A program made the position numbers and the translations under genes. Positions 1 to 9,035 of a stretch of 29,350 nucleotides of DNA are shown piece after piece (position 1 is the first letter of the stretch; the number at the start of each line of letters is the position of its first letter). The notes under the pieces are model-generated. The model made no database searches, was not told the origin of the DNA, and saw nothing but the letters and a program-made list of their open reading frames with translations. Origin of the DNA: an uncultured virus (IMG/VR IMGVR_UViG_3300043540_000465) (lineage: Duplodnaviria; Heunggongvirae; Uroviricota; Caudoviricetes); the IMG/VR virus record IMGVR_UViG_3300043540_000465. One strand, given 5' to 3'.

Positions 1-423
1 AAGAAGAAGCCGCGGGTGGAGCCGCTGGATATGACCGAGTTCGGCGGGGACGAAGATGATGCGCCGCCGCGCAAGCACAAGGACCACAAGAAGCCCAAGG
101 TCCAGCCGGTGGTGAAGCCCAAGGTCAAGGTCAAGGTGCCCAAGCCGCCTAAGCCAGAACCGAAGCGACCCGACAAGGGTAAGGCGAGGGGCCAAGGCGT
201 CGCCCCGCCAGGCACGGCCGAGTGGTTCCGCGCGGTGCGCAACAAGGACAAGAAGATCGTGTGGGTGAACCGTAAGCGGTTCATGGCCCACCCTGGCAAG
301 TACTCGATCATGAAGAAGTACGTGCCGCGGTCGATCAGCCACCCGGGGGTGCCGCGCAAGCCTGACAAGCACAAGGCGAAGAAGGTAAAGACCATCACGT
401 GGGCCAAGCCCAAGCGGCGGTAG
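1..423 (+). CDS. Lys/Pro-rich basic protein, 5'-truncated by the window edge
   Basis: Frame is open from base 1 (aag aag aag ccg cgg gtg...) to TAG 421-423, with strong G/C third positions. The stop overlaps the AGGAGG RBS of the next gene. Confidence 0.8.
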   Translation, partial: KKKPRVEPLDMTEFGGDEDDAPPRKHKDHKKPKVQPVVKPKVKVKVPKPPKPEPKRPDKGKARGQGVAPPGTAEWFRAVRNKDKKIVWVNRKRFMAHPGKYSIMKKYVPRSISHPGVPRKPDKHKAKKVKTITWAKPKRR

Positions 424-434
424 GAGGACGGATC

Positions 435-680
435 ATGACAACGGTTCCGAAGAAGATCAAGTACCGCGGGCAGGTGTACGTACTGAAGACGGCCACGACC
501 AAGGCCGCCGCGTGGGAGAACCTGCCTAAAGGCTGGGACAAGAAAAGTCTCAAGAGCATGTGGCGGTCGCTCACCGGCAGCCGTAAGCATAAGATCACTG
601 CATGTGCTAAAAAGATGGACGGTAAGGTATCAGATGCCTACGCATTCTGTGCCTCGCTGGCCAGAAAGGTTGATGAGTAG
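435..680 (+). CDS. Small basic protein with YxGxxY leader; putative virion/internal head protein
   Basis: AGGAGG RBS then ATG 435. Starts MTTVPKKIKYRGQVYVLKTA. Confidence 0.8.
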   Translation: MTTVPKKIKYRGQVYVLKTATTKAAAWENLPKGWDKKSLKSMWRSLTGSRKHKITACAKKMDGKVSDAYAFCASLARKVDE

Positions 681-727
681 CGGGGGCGCCGCGCCATGGC
701 CTCAAGGTTCGCCGCCGCGCGGTATCC

Positions 728-1318
728 ATGTACCGCAGCGGATGCTCAATCCGAGAGACAGCTGCTAGTCTTGAGCTACCAGCAGGTACCGTTCAGTACA
801 TGCTACGGGGCATTAAGCTACGACCACGCGCAGAGGCACTAACTGGTCGCAAGCTATCACCTGCGCATATCGAGAAGATCCGTGTTCTGAAGACCGGATT
901 AGTGCAGTCAGCTGCGACGCGGAGAAAGCGAAGTTTGGCACTCAGGGGTCGGGTCAAGCCTGTTGCCTTCGTCCGACACATGAGTGAAACGCGGCGAGGG
1001 AAAAGCAATCCCAACTACCGTCACGATCTGAGCGCTCGCGATCGTGCACACCTGCGAGTACGAGGATATACCCCAGGCTATAACAACTGGAGCAGAGCCG
1101 TTCGAGCTAGAGACCACGATATCTGTGTTGTGTGTGATGGGCCAGGAGAACTAGCTCATCACCTGAATGGGTATCGCAGCTTTCCTGAGCAGCGAGCTGA
1201 TCTAGATAACGGCGTCACGCTGTGCTCAAACTGCCATACCGCGTTCCATCGACGCTACGGACGTCTGCTTGTAACAAAACAGCAATTCACTGAGTTTCTG
1301 CGACGCAAGATGGGCTAG
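728..1318 (+). CDS. HNH homing endonuclease with N-terminal HTH and NUMOD3-like DNA-binding repeats
   Basis: W...VRARDHDICVVC...AHH...DLDNGVTLCSNCHTAFH is an HNH zinc-finger core. Upstream K(L)SPAHIEKIR, SAATRRKRS and GKSNPNY are NUMOD3-like. Codon usage is more AT-rich than the neighbours. Confidence 0.85.
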   Translation: MYRSGCSIRETAASLELPAGTVQYMLRGIKLRPRAEALTGRKLSPAHIEKIRVLKTGLVQSAATRRKRSLALRGRVKPVAFVRHMSETRRGKSNPNYRHDLSARDRAHLRVRGYTPGYNNWSRAVRARDHDICVVCDGPGELAHHLNGYRSFPEQRADLDNGVTLCSNCHTAFHRRYGRLLVTKQQFTEFLRRKMG

Positions 1319-1327
1319 GAGCTGACC

Positions 1328-1946
1328 ATGACGCAGCCGCTGCTAGTGCACTTCAACGGACGGCGGTACCTCCGCGCAGGGGTCACCAAGCTCGCCGCCG
1401 CCGTGAACCTCGCGGTCTACGACCCCACACACGAAGTCGAGGCGCAGAAGTGGGTCGCCGATCAGCTACGCAAAAAGCGGCGCGTGTGGCGCGACCTCGC
1501 CGAGCAGATGGACTTCGTGCTGTTCTCGTCGGACATTCCCGACGCGCAGAAGGCGGTGTTCGCCATCCGGCAGAAGTTTGACAAGATGTTCGATACGCCG
1601 GTGAAGCTGATCGAACTGGTCGAGGCCGAGCAGCTGCAGACCAAGCCGGTCGCGCCAGTCACCGACCGGTCCACAACCCCGGCCACGCCGCGCAGCCAAG
1701 CAGCTGACAGCGCCACCGCCAGAGTTGAAGCAGGAGGTCGACGCGCCGCTGCAACCTCGTCCGCACGAGACTGCATCCGAGTACTACAAGCGACTGCGCG
1801 CAGGAGTAGAGCGCGAGATGCAGAAGCTCCACCAGCTGATCCAACGCTACTACACGGAACAGGCTAGAAACCCGAAGGACTGGGGCTACGTGGGTGACCT
1901 GGGATACATCTACAGGAAGCTGCGTGAGATGAACCCAGAGGAGTAA
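1328..1946 (+). pseudogene. Leader-motif protein split by an apparent +1 frameshift near 1650-1670
   Basis: Starts MTQPLLVHFNGRRYLRA after a GGAG RBS. Coding-like sequence moves to the +1 frame (PTGPQPRPRRAAKQLTAPPPELKQEVD...WGYVGDLGYIYRKLREMNPEE*), which has no RBS of its own. Confidence 0.6.
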
Positions 1947-2018
1947 TCCGTGAGGCTGGCTCTACAAAACCCGCGCCGACTTCGAACGGGGCCTGAAGAA
2001 GCTCATGGGTAAGTAACC

Positions 2019-3440
2019 GTGCCGTCCCTGTATTTACGTGATCTCGCCGCCACCATCCAGCGGCAGCTACCACGCTGGACTGCAGCCCGCGTCATTCCCC
2101 GCGGACTGGCACTGCCCATCGATCTGTTCCTCAAGGGCTACGCCCGATTCATGAAGAAGGTGGGCGAGGCCTACCCGGTGCTGCTACCTAACCTCACCGC
2201 GGACACGGCGCTGGCGTTGTCGGCGATGGACTACGTGTTGACGCTGCAGCCTAACAGCTTGGCCTACCTAGACAAGGACTACCTCATCGACATCGGCGGC
2301 CAACAGCTCAACCGCGTAGCCAAGGTGCTGCCGGATGGGCGCGTGTGGTTGGACTATCGCATGCGCAAGGCGGCGCCGGTCAACACCACGGTCTTTGTCT
2401 ACGGGGCTCCGGGGTACCACAACGGATCCCGCGAGGTCGGCGCCGACAACGTCGAGATCAAGCTGCCGACGGGCATGAAGGTTATGGTGGGCGACACGCT
2501 GCTGCAGGAGGGCAGCATCGCCTTAGCGTTCTACGAGTACAAGATCACCGAGGTCATTGCCCAACCGGTACCGCCGCACACGGTGACGGCGGTGCGGATC
2601 ACGCCAACGCTACAACGCAGCGTCGACGATGGTGGCCTGCTGTACCTCAAGGCCAACCCTGCGTACTTCTCGCAGCTGATTCCGGTGCCACAGGGCTACC
2701 CCGATCTGCCGGTGGACTTCGGTCCCTACTTGCTGGACCGCATTACCGGCCTGATCAGCGACAACCCCAACACTCAAGGTGACGTGCCGGAGACGGTAGA
2801 GATGGAGCTGTACCAAGCGGGCGCGGTGCTGCACCGGACGCTGCGGGTCACTACGGCCAATGCCGCGACCCCGGTACAGATCTGGAACGCGCCGATCCTA
2901 CCAGAGCACATGGTGCTGTGGCACGTGCAGCATGGAGTCATCGATCTCACGCCCAATGCGCTACGCGCTACGCTGGACGCGCGGGGCCGGTGGAAGCTGA
3001 GCACCGATCTGGTACCGTCACTGGGTTCGCTCAACGAGGAGCTACCACAGTGGCGCGTGATCGCCCGCTCTCGCTCACCGTTCCAGTTCGCGTTCACGGT
3101 CTGGCCGGGGGTCACCACCAACGTCAGCTCATTGTCCATCGGCGGTCTGCAGCAAGCGGTGGCCCTGCTGGATACCGCCAGCATTGCCAGCAGTGGCGAC
3201 CGCCCGCGAGTAATGGAGTTGTACATTCATGGTCTGGCGGGCCAGACGGTGGATGTAGCGCCAATCATACCGACGCTGCCGAGCATCCGTAGCGTGCGCT
3301 ACCGGGTGCTAGTCGAGACGCGGGGCCGCTACCACTGGGCCAGCAGCGGCCTGTTCCTCAAGCCGCTGTTCCTGTCGTCGGAGTACGTGCACGCGCAGGG
3401 TCGCGAGATCCCGCTCAACCAGGGACGGATGCTCACGTGA
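2019..3440 (+). CDS. Probable virion structural protein (473 aa, beta-rich)
   Basis: Long ORF with strong codon bias and a V/L/P/T-rich composition; GTGA coupling to the next ORF. Function is inferred from composition and context only. Confidence 0.7.
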   Translation: MPSLYLRDLAATIQRQLPRWTAARVIPRGLALPIDLFLKGYARFMKKVGEAYPVLLPNLTADTALALSAMDYVLTLQPNSLAYLDKDYLIDIGGQQLNRVAKVLPDGRVWLDYRMRKAAPVNTTVFVYGAPGYHNGSREVGADNVEIKLPTGMKVMVGDTLLQEGSIALAFYEYKITEVIAQPVPPHTVTAVRITPTLQRSVDDGGLLYLKANPAYFSQLIPVPQGYPDLPVDFGPYLLDRITGLISDNPNTQGDVPETVEMELYQAGAVLHRTLRVTTANAATPVQIWNAPILPEHMVLWHVQHGVIDLTPNALRATLDARGRWKLSTDLVPSLGSLNEELPQWRVIARSRSPFQFAFTVWPGVTTNVSSLSIGGLQQAVALLDTASIASSGDRPRVMELYIHGLAGQTVDVAPIIPTLPSIRSVRYRVLVETRGRYHWASSGLFLKPLFLSSEYVHAQGREIPLNQGRMLT

Positions 3441-3715
3441 TCGCGCTGCGCTACCGCGGCTGCATCTACGTCGTGGCGGATGACGATGATGACGCCGATT
3501 GGATCGCACGGATCACCCGGCGTAACCGCGCTCTGTTTAGCAGCAGCCCGGGCTGAAACAGCTGGAGGCCAAGCTGCTACAAGTAGGTGGTAAGTTGGTG
3601 CCGTTTCACGTACCACCACCTGGAGAGGTGTCCGAGCAGTACGCGAAGAAGTTACTGGCGCGCGGCACTAGAGGCATTCGTGCGTCGTAAACTGCAGGAA
3701 CGAGGTGTAGCGTGA
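3437..3715 (+). pseudogene. Leader-motif protein broken by two frameshifts
   Basis: GTG 3437 overlaps the upstream TGA and reads MIALRYRGCIYVVADDDD...RNRALF. It continues in the -1 frame (QQPGLKQLEAKLLQVGGKLV...KKLLARG), then returns to the first frame (LEAFVRRKLQERGVA*), whose TGA overlaps GTG 3712. Confidence 0.6.
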
Positions 3716-6147
3716 TCCCAGTTGACCGCGATGATGCGCCGGCATTAAGTTATGACAGTGATCTTTCGGCCGAGGACTGGGAGTACATTGAGAACACATA
3801 CGTCCAGTTGGGCCTGAATGCCGTGCAGTTGGCCATGGCTGGGCAGTACGGTATCGTGACTCCCAGCGATCCCATCAGCAGTAGCAACAAGACGCTGCTG
3901 CCCGAGGTCGATCCGGGCGACGCGTTCCTGTACCATGTACGCGCCGGCGGCGCCGTCACGCAGAAGGGGCAGTTCACCTACCTCGCCCAGGACCAGGATC
4001 TGGTCATCGCCGATGCTAACAGTCGCCCACTGGCAGACGGACAGCTGTTCGTGATCGTGCTGCGGTACTTGCTGATCGAATCTGACAGCGACAAGGTTAT
4101 GACGCACGCGGGGTTCTACGAACCCAAATACACCCGGCTGGCGCCCCCGGAGCAACGCCTGCAGCTACTGCGGTTGGAGGACTACCAGACAACGGCGCCG
4201 TCGGCGTTGTACGATGCAGTAGCCTTGGGCGTGCTCCGCATCACCAGCAGCGAGGGCGCGCTGACAACCACGCTCACGATCACGCGCGATGCCTACCCCT
4301 TCAACCGCCCCTGGTTCTCGCCGGTGGACGCGATTCACCGCGCCAGTGTCGGGTCGGGCACGGTCACCGCGACCAATCCTCACGGCTACACGCTGGCCGA
4401 CCTGGATGTCGGTCCCATCCCACTGTTCCAGCTCTACCGCACCGCAGGCACGATCATTGCCAAGGACTGGCAGTATCCCCGCTGCGCCGGCAACCTCACC
4501 CGCGAAGTCATCAAGGTGTCGTCGCTGTACAAAGGCGTGGTCGCGCGGTTGACCGGCAAGCCAGTGGTCATGGGTCGACTGATCGGTAACACTACCGGCC
4601 GCCAGCTGGCGTACTACTACGACCCCATCTACAACGCAGCCCTGCTGCTCAACCCCATCAGCAGCGACGACACCGAGCTGACGCTGGAGTACACCACGGC
4701 GCTGTCGTTGGTGCCGCGGTTGGTGAGTCAAACCGTGCGGGTGGGCAAGGCTGAGTCGTGGGAGGCAGTGATCGCGGAAGGCCGGGTGGTGCCTACGGCC
4801 AATCTCCTAGCCGATCAGGATGTGGATCTGTCTGACAGCGGTGGCGCGGTGCAGCCTACCGAGGTCTATGTAGCCGGAGACGGCGTGGCCTTCCGCAACC
4901 CGCAAACGCTACTGTGCAATGCCCGGATCAATAAGGACTTCGCGGGCGGGCTGGCGAACCCCACCGCGGCCATGGTACGCTTGGGTCTACCGCGACTGCT
5001 CATCACCGATCGCGTGCCGCTGACGTGTACGGTCACGCTCACGGGTACCGACTACCTCGGGCAGGCACAGACCGACATCATCACCGTGGACTACACTCCC
5101 GAGCCCATCTCGCACCCAGACGATACGATGCCGCACCTGCTGGACAGCCTGCAGTTACCGTCGGGGATGACGACGCTACCCGCCGAGATCGCCAGGCAGC
5201 GACGGTTGATTGTAGGATCTAGGGGCTCGTTCTTCTACGCCACCAAGCTGTTCGCCAGCATCAGCACGGTGCGCATTGATGACCTACAAGGCGGCACCAC
5301 CGACGCCGCGCTGACGCTACAGGCAATCCTAGACAGCCGCGGCACCTGCAAGGTCGCCTCGTTACTGATGGTAGACCACCGGCCCACAGGATTGGTGGAT
5401 GCCCGCGACATCGACTACGTGCTGCGCGATCCCAGCACGCTCACGGTCAACGCGGCGTTGACGACGGCAGCCACAGCCATCAGCACGACTATGGGCCAGA
5501 CGATCTACACGACCACGATCCTGGAGTCCCTGGCCCGCCCGTTGTGGATGGACGTCAGCAACAGTCTGCTGGATGACAACGCCGACGAGTCGGCGTACTA
5601 CAAGTCGCGGGCCGTGCCCATCAACCCGCGGGTGCAGCTGAGCGGCAGCGACTACAACTTCGACAAGTCGTTCCCCAGCATGGTGCTAGGGAACCTTCCT
5701 GATCAGTGGCGGCATCTGCTCACCCCCGAACCGGCGGCGCTGGATTGGCGAGTGATGCTGGGGCAGACACCCATCTTCCAGTGGGTGTGGGAGCACCTGC
5801 ACAGCAATGGCATCTTCCGCCGCTTCGCTACCATGCTGCCGCAGTACTTCTACCCCAACGGTGGCGCCGTGGGCAACACGCCTACGGGGGCAGCCACGCA
5901 CCTGGCAGTGCAATGTCTGGGGCAGCCAGAATGGGCACGCTTAACCTTCACCCGCTACGGTAATCCCGACGGATCGCACGAAGACGACACGTACGTGCTC
6001 GACGGGCCGCGGTGGGTGACTGGTACCATCATCAACCTGATGTCGCTGCCGTGGTCCCTAGCATACACCAAGTCGCTGTGCGTCGAACTTCGCGGCAAAG
6101 AACTGCCCGGATACGTGGTAGTCATCGGCCGCGAGGAACCCATCTGA
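3712..6147 (+). CDS. Probable virion structural (tail/baseplate-type) protein, 811 aa
   Basis: GAGGT RBS, long ORF, Thr/Gly-rich, contains HRASVGSGTVTATNPHG. NPH motifs recur in phage tail-associated proteins. Function is an inference. Confidence 0.7.
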   Translation: MIPVDRDDAPALSYDSDLSAEDWEYIENTYVQLGLNAVQLAMAGQYGIVTPSDPISSSNKTLLPEVDPGDAFLYHVRAGGAVTQKGQFTYLAQDQDLVIADANSRPLADGQLFVIVLRYLLIESDSDKVMTHAGFYEPKYTRLAPPEQRLQLLRLEDYQTTAPSALYDAVALGVLRITSSEGALTTTLTITRDAYPFNRPWFSPVDAIHRASVGSGTVTATNPHGYTLADLDVGPIPLFQLYRTAGTIIAKDWQYPRCAGNLTREVIKVSSLYKGVVARLTGKPVVMGRLIGNTTGRQLAYYYDPIYNAALLLNPISSDDTELTLEYTTALSLVPRLVSQTVRVGKAESWEAVIAEGRVVPTANLLADQDVDLSDSGGAVQPTEVYVAGDGVAFRNPQTLLCNARINKDFAGGLANPTAAMVRLGLPRLLITDRVPLTCTVTLTGTDYLGQAQTDIITVDYTPEPISHPDDTMPHLLDSLQLPSGMTTLPAEIARQRRLIVGSRGSFFYATKLFASISTVRIDDLQGGTTDAALTLQAILDSRGTCKVASLLMVDHRPTGLVDARDIDYVLRDPSTLTVNAALTTAATAISTTMGQTIYTTTILESLARPLWMDVSNSLLDDNADESAYYKSRAVPINPRVQLSGSDYNFDKSFPSMVLGNLPDQWRHLLTPEPAALDWRVMLGQTPIFQWVWEHLHSNGIFRRFATMLPQYFYPNGGAVGNTPTGAATHLAVQCLGQPEWARLTFTRYGNPDGSHEDDTYVLDGPRWVTGTIINLMSLPWSLAYTKSLCVELRGKELPGYVVVIGREEPI

Positions 6148-6161
6148 AGGAGGAGTGCGTC

Positions 6162-6587
6162 ATGCTACCTAGGCGCATCAAGTACCAAGGTCAGATCTAC
6201 CGCTTGGCCGAAAGTCAGCATAAGCGCTGTCCTAGGAGACAGCACTGGAACGATGAGCAGAAAAGGTGTCTGCCCTTGCCCGCAGAGATACAGCAGTACA
6301 TCACCCGTGCCAGACGGGCTAGTGCCAAGGCCAAGTTCAAGTCGCGCATCACCAAGGGCAGTACGGGTAAGCTCGCCGTTCGACTACACCGTCGCGCGCA
6401 AGAGGCACACGATAAGGCCAGCGGTTTGCACATGAAGGTCGTGAAGGCGGCAGACAAGCTAGGCTTCAATGACCTAGCGCAGAAGCACACCGACCACATG
6501 GCCTACCACGACGAGAAGACCTTGCACCATCAAGATCAGCGCCGCAAGCATCGGTGGGGTGGAGCTAGCCGTCGCAGCGATCAATAG
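6162..6587 (+). CDS. Basic His-rich protein with YxGxxY leader and CPxxxxW...C module
   Basis: AAGGAGGAG RBS, ATG 6162, MLPRRIKYQGQIYRLAE. Reading past TAG 6585-6587 reaches TAA 6612-6614, which overlaps the next ATG (TAATG). Confidence 0.8.
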   Translation: MLPRRIKYQGQIYRLAESQHKRCPRRQHWNDEQKRCLPLPAEIQQYITRARRASAKAKFKSRITKGSTGKLAVRLHRRAQEAHDKASGLHMKVVKAADKLGFNDLAQKHTDHMAYHDEKTLHHQDQRRKHRWGGASRRSDQ

Positions 6588-6613
6588 ATCGAACGCAGCC
6601 TCGATACACCCTA

Positions 6614-6795
6614 ATGCGCGCAATCCTGTTCCACGGCGTGCAGTACGTAGCGGTGGAGCACCGGCCACCGTCACTCGCGGTGGCCGGATTACATATGAGT
6701 TGGACTGGTGGCGCGAGGCGCGCGAGTGGGTATGGGTAGTCGAAACACAGTTTGTGGCTCAACGAAGTGACGAGATCAGTGGGATCGCGGCGTGA
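6614..6795 (+). pseudogene. Degraded leader-motif gene
   Basis: ATG 6614 reads MRAILFHGVQYVAVE. The tail that is GTGA-coupled to the 6792 gene (...ELDWWREAREWVWVVETQF...GIAA*) lies in another frame. Confidence 0.5.
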
Positions 6796-7722
6796 GCGTG
6801 CGCTATCAGGGAGTACTATATGTTGCGGCCGACGAAGATACCTGTCCCACCGGGCAGGTGAAAGACTCGTGGGGTCGCTGCATCAGCGTGGATGAGTACC
6901 ACCAGGTGCATGGTCGCTGTCCCGACTACTACCACCAAGAACGCAGTACACGCAAGTGTATCAAGACGCTAGCGCTGCCACCCACGGTCTACCACGCCAC
7001 GCCCCATCCGCACGAGATTGCAGCACGGGTTTGAGATCAATCCCGAGCGGCAGACCTTCGGCGGCCACGGCACCTACGTCGGCGTCACCAATAAGACCAA
7101 TGCGCTCAAATACCGTGACGGCCTGCGCTGGGCTATCGGTGCGGTCAATGGTCAGTACTCGTGGGACCAGTTGCAGCAGTATGTGCGCGAGCAGAACGGC
7201 GGCAGCAATCGCGCCAACGACAGCGCGCTGCACAACGTACTCTTCAACGAGGCTCACGACTGGCTGTGGCGGGCGAAGGAGTCGAAGATGTCACACAGGC
7301 ACCGCCTGTATCAACGGGCGGCGCGCAACTACCGGCGGCTGAACCTGGGCGATCCGGCCATCATCAAGTACCTGCTCGACGGTCACACCATCGCTGGGCA
7401 GAAGCTCAGTGCCAAGCATGAGCGCAAGCGGCGGTTGAACTTTATCCACACCGTACCCAACTTCATGGACTTTGAGCACACGGACAAGCTGCCGCTGTTC
7501 ATAGGCAGCGATCCGCCCGCGCACTGGCAGGGCGTCAAACCCGAGGACGTCCACGTGGTGGAGTCGACGGTGCAGCCAGGGCAGCACCAACTACCCAACG
7601 CGTACAATGTCGATCACCACCGGCCCGCCCAGCACGCGGCGCAACACGACTACTACTACCATCCCGCGGAATAGGAATACCGCGTGTTTGACCCCACGGT
7701 CTGCAGCCGACGCGGATTGTAA
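6792..7722 (+). pseudogene. Leader-motif protein with CP..C repeats and an ADP-ribosyltransferase-like domain, interrupted
   Basis: Reads MSVRYQGVLYVAADE, two CPxx..C modules, then VYHAT-PHPHEI / (+1 at ~7017) LQHGF...FGGHGTYV, and finally HPAE-TAG-EYRVFDP, an ExE-like strand interrupted by TAG 7672-7674. Confidence 0.55.
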
Positions 7723-7893
7723 CTGAGTAGTCGTGAGATCGATGGGTATCAAGTCTGTTGTGTCAACTGCCGCAACAAGCACCATATAGCGATCTAAAAG
7801 AGGGTATCTTTGCTACTAGCCCAGGGTATTCCTGAGCGGCGCCTACTTTACCGTTGTCACTACCACGCTACTATGTTCACGCGGAGGAGATCC

Positions 7894-8841
7894 ATGAACA
7901 CACAGAAGAAGGCTCTGTCGAAGCTACTGAAGCTCGCCGCTGCCCTGGAGGACCAGGACTACGCCAAGCTGGCGAGCCGTACCCTGGGATTGCACAGCAT
8001 GCTGAAGCAAGCCGCGAGCGATATGCCGGACACGCCGGCCAGCCCCGCCGAGGTGGTGGCGCCCCCAGTGGCGCCCCCGGCCTCCACTCCCGAGATGTCA
8101 GCGGACGACAGCGACAGCGACTCGGACGACTCGGACGACTCGGACGACTCGGACGACTCGGACGACTCGGACGACTCGGACGACTCGGACGACTCGGAAG
8201 CCGACGCGGACGACTCGGACGCCGACGCGGACGACTCGGAAGCCGACGCGGACGACTCGGACGACTCGGACGACTCGGACGACTCGGAAGCCTACGCGGA
8301 CGAGGAGAGCAGCGACAGCGACTCGGACTCGGACTCGGACGACTCGGACGAGGAGAGCAGCGACAGCGACTCGGACTCGGACGACTCGGACAAGGAGAGC
8401 AGCGACAGCCGGCGACGGCGTCGCCGCCACCACCGCCCCTGCGATAATACCCGCCCTGACTCGGAAGCCTACGCGGCCGAGGAGAGCGGCGACAGCGACT
8501 CGGACGACTTGGACGACGAGTCGAGTGCCTCGGACGACGTTCCCGAGATTCCCCAGGATGAGGTCACGCCGGTGACCGAGCCGGGAGCTGCCGGTGCCCC
8601 ACCCACGCCCGATGAGCTGGCGCAGGCCGACGAGTCGGATGATGATGATGAGGACCAGGAAGACGAGAGCTGCGAAGGCTGCGAGGACGAGTCCGAGGAG
8701 AAGTCGGCGCTGGCCCTACGCGAAGCCTGCACGCGGCTGTTCCGCGCGGGCACCCAGGCCCGCGGCAGCAAGAACAAGGGGCTGCGCAAACTGGGCAAGG
8801 AGCTGCTGAAGATCGAAGCGTACGTGCGCCGCTCGCTGTAG
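7894..8841 (+). CDS. Highly acidic Asp/Ser-repeat protein with helical termini; possible scaffold or internal head protein
   Basis: GGAGGAG RBS then ATG 7894 (MNTQKKALSKLLKLAAAL...). Central (DSD)n tract, basic helical C-terminus, followed by a terminator-like hairpin. Confidence 0.8.
   Translation: MNTQKKALSKLLKLAAALEDQDYAKLASRTLGLHSMLKQAASDMPDTPASPAEVVAPPVAPPASTPEMSADDSDSDSDDSDDSDDSDDSDDSDDSDDSDDSEADADDSDADADDSEADADDSDDSDDSDDSEAYADEESSDSDSDSDSDDSDEESSDSDSDSDDSDKESSDSRRRRRRHHRPCDNTRPDSEAYAAEESGDSDSDDLDDESSASDDVPEIPQDEVTPVTEPGAAGAPPTPDELAQADESDDDDEDQEDESCEGCEDESEEKSALALREACTRLFRAGTQARGSKNKGLRKLGKELLKIEAYVRRSL
8104..8410 (+). repeat. Coding minisatellite based on the 9-bp unit GACTCGGAC
   Basis: Eight perfect GACTCGGAC copies at 8119-8190, then 21-bp variants (GACTCGGA[A/C]GCCGACGCGGAC) and recurring GAGAGCAGCGACAGC blocks. 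Confidence 0.95.
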
Positions 8842-8871
8842 TCGACTCTCCACTACTAGTTAACCCCGGTT

Positions 8872-8933
8872 GCCGGGTGCGAGCTTGCAGCTTTCCTGAA
8901 GAGAGTGCGGGCTCGCGCCCGGCTTTGCTATTT
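8872..8933 (+). terminator. Long GC-rich hairpin, probable intrinsic terminator
   Basis: GCCGGGTGCGAGCTTGCA pairs with TGCGGGCTCGCGCCCGGC (three G-U pairs) and is followed by TTTGCTATTT. Confidence 0.7.
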
Positions 8934-9035
8934 ACTGTCGGTTTACAGGAGCATCATGTCTAACGTCGCGCCTGCACTACCCAGCCCCGCGTCCCCACCC
9001 CAGCTTATTGTTACTACCAGCTAGCGAGGACGCTC

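Noticed and set aside
8098..8447. Repeat tract as a CRISPR array, or the VVR/LGR-repeat ORFs in other frames as genes
   Set aside because: The units are contiguous with no unique spacers, and the alternative ORFs are shadows of the in-frame Asp/Ser minisatellite.
7843..8938. CTACTTTACCGT (7843) and CTATTTACTGT (8928) as a shared promoter motif
   Set aside because: Only two imperfect copies, and one overlaps a terminator tail.
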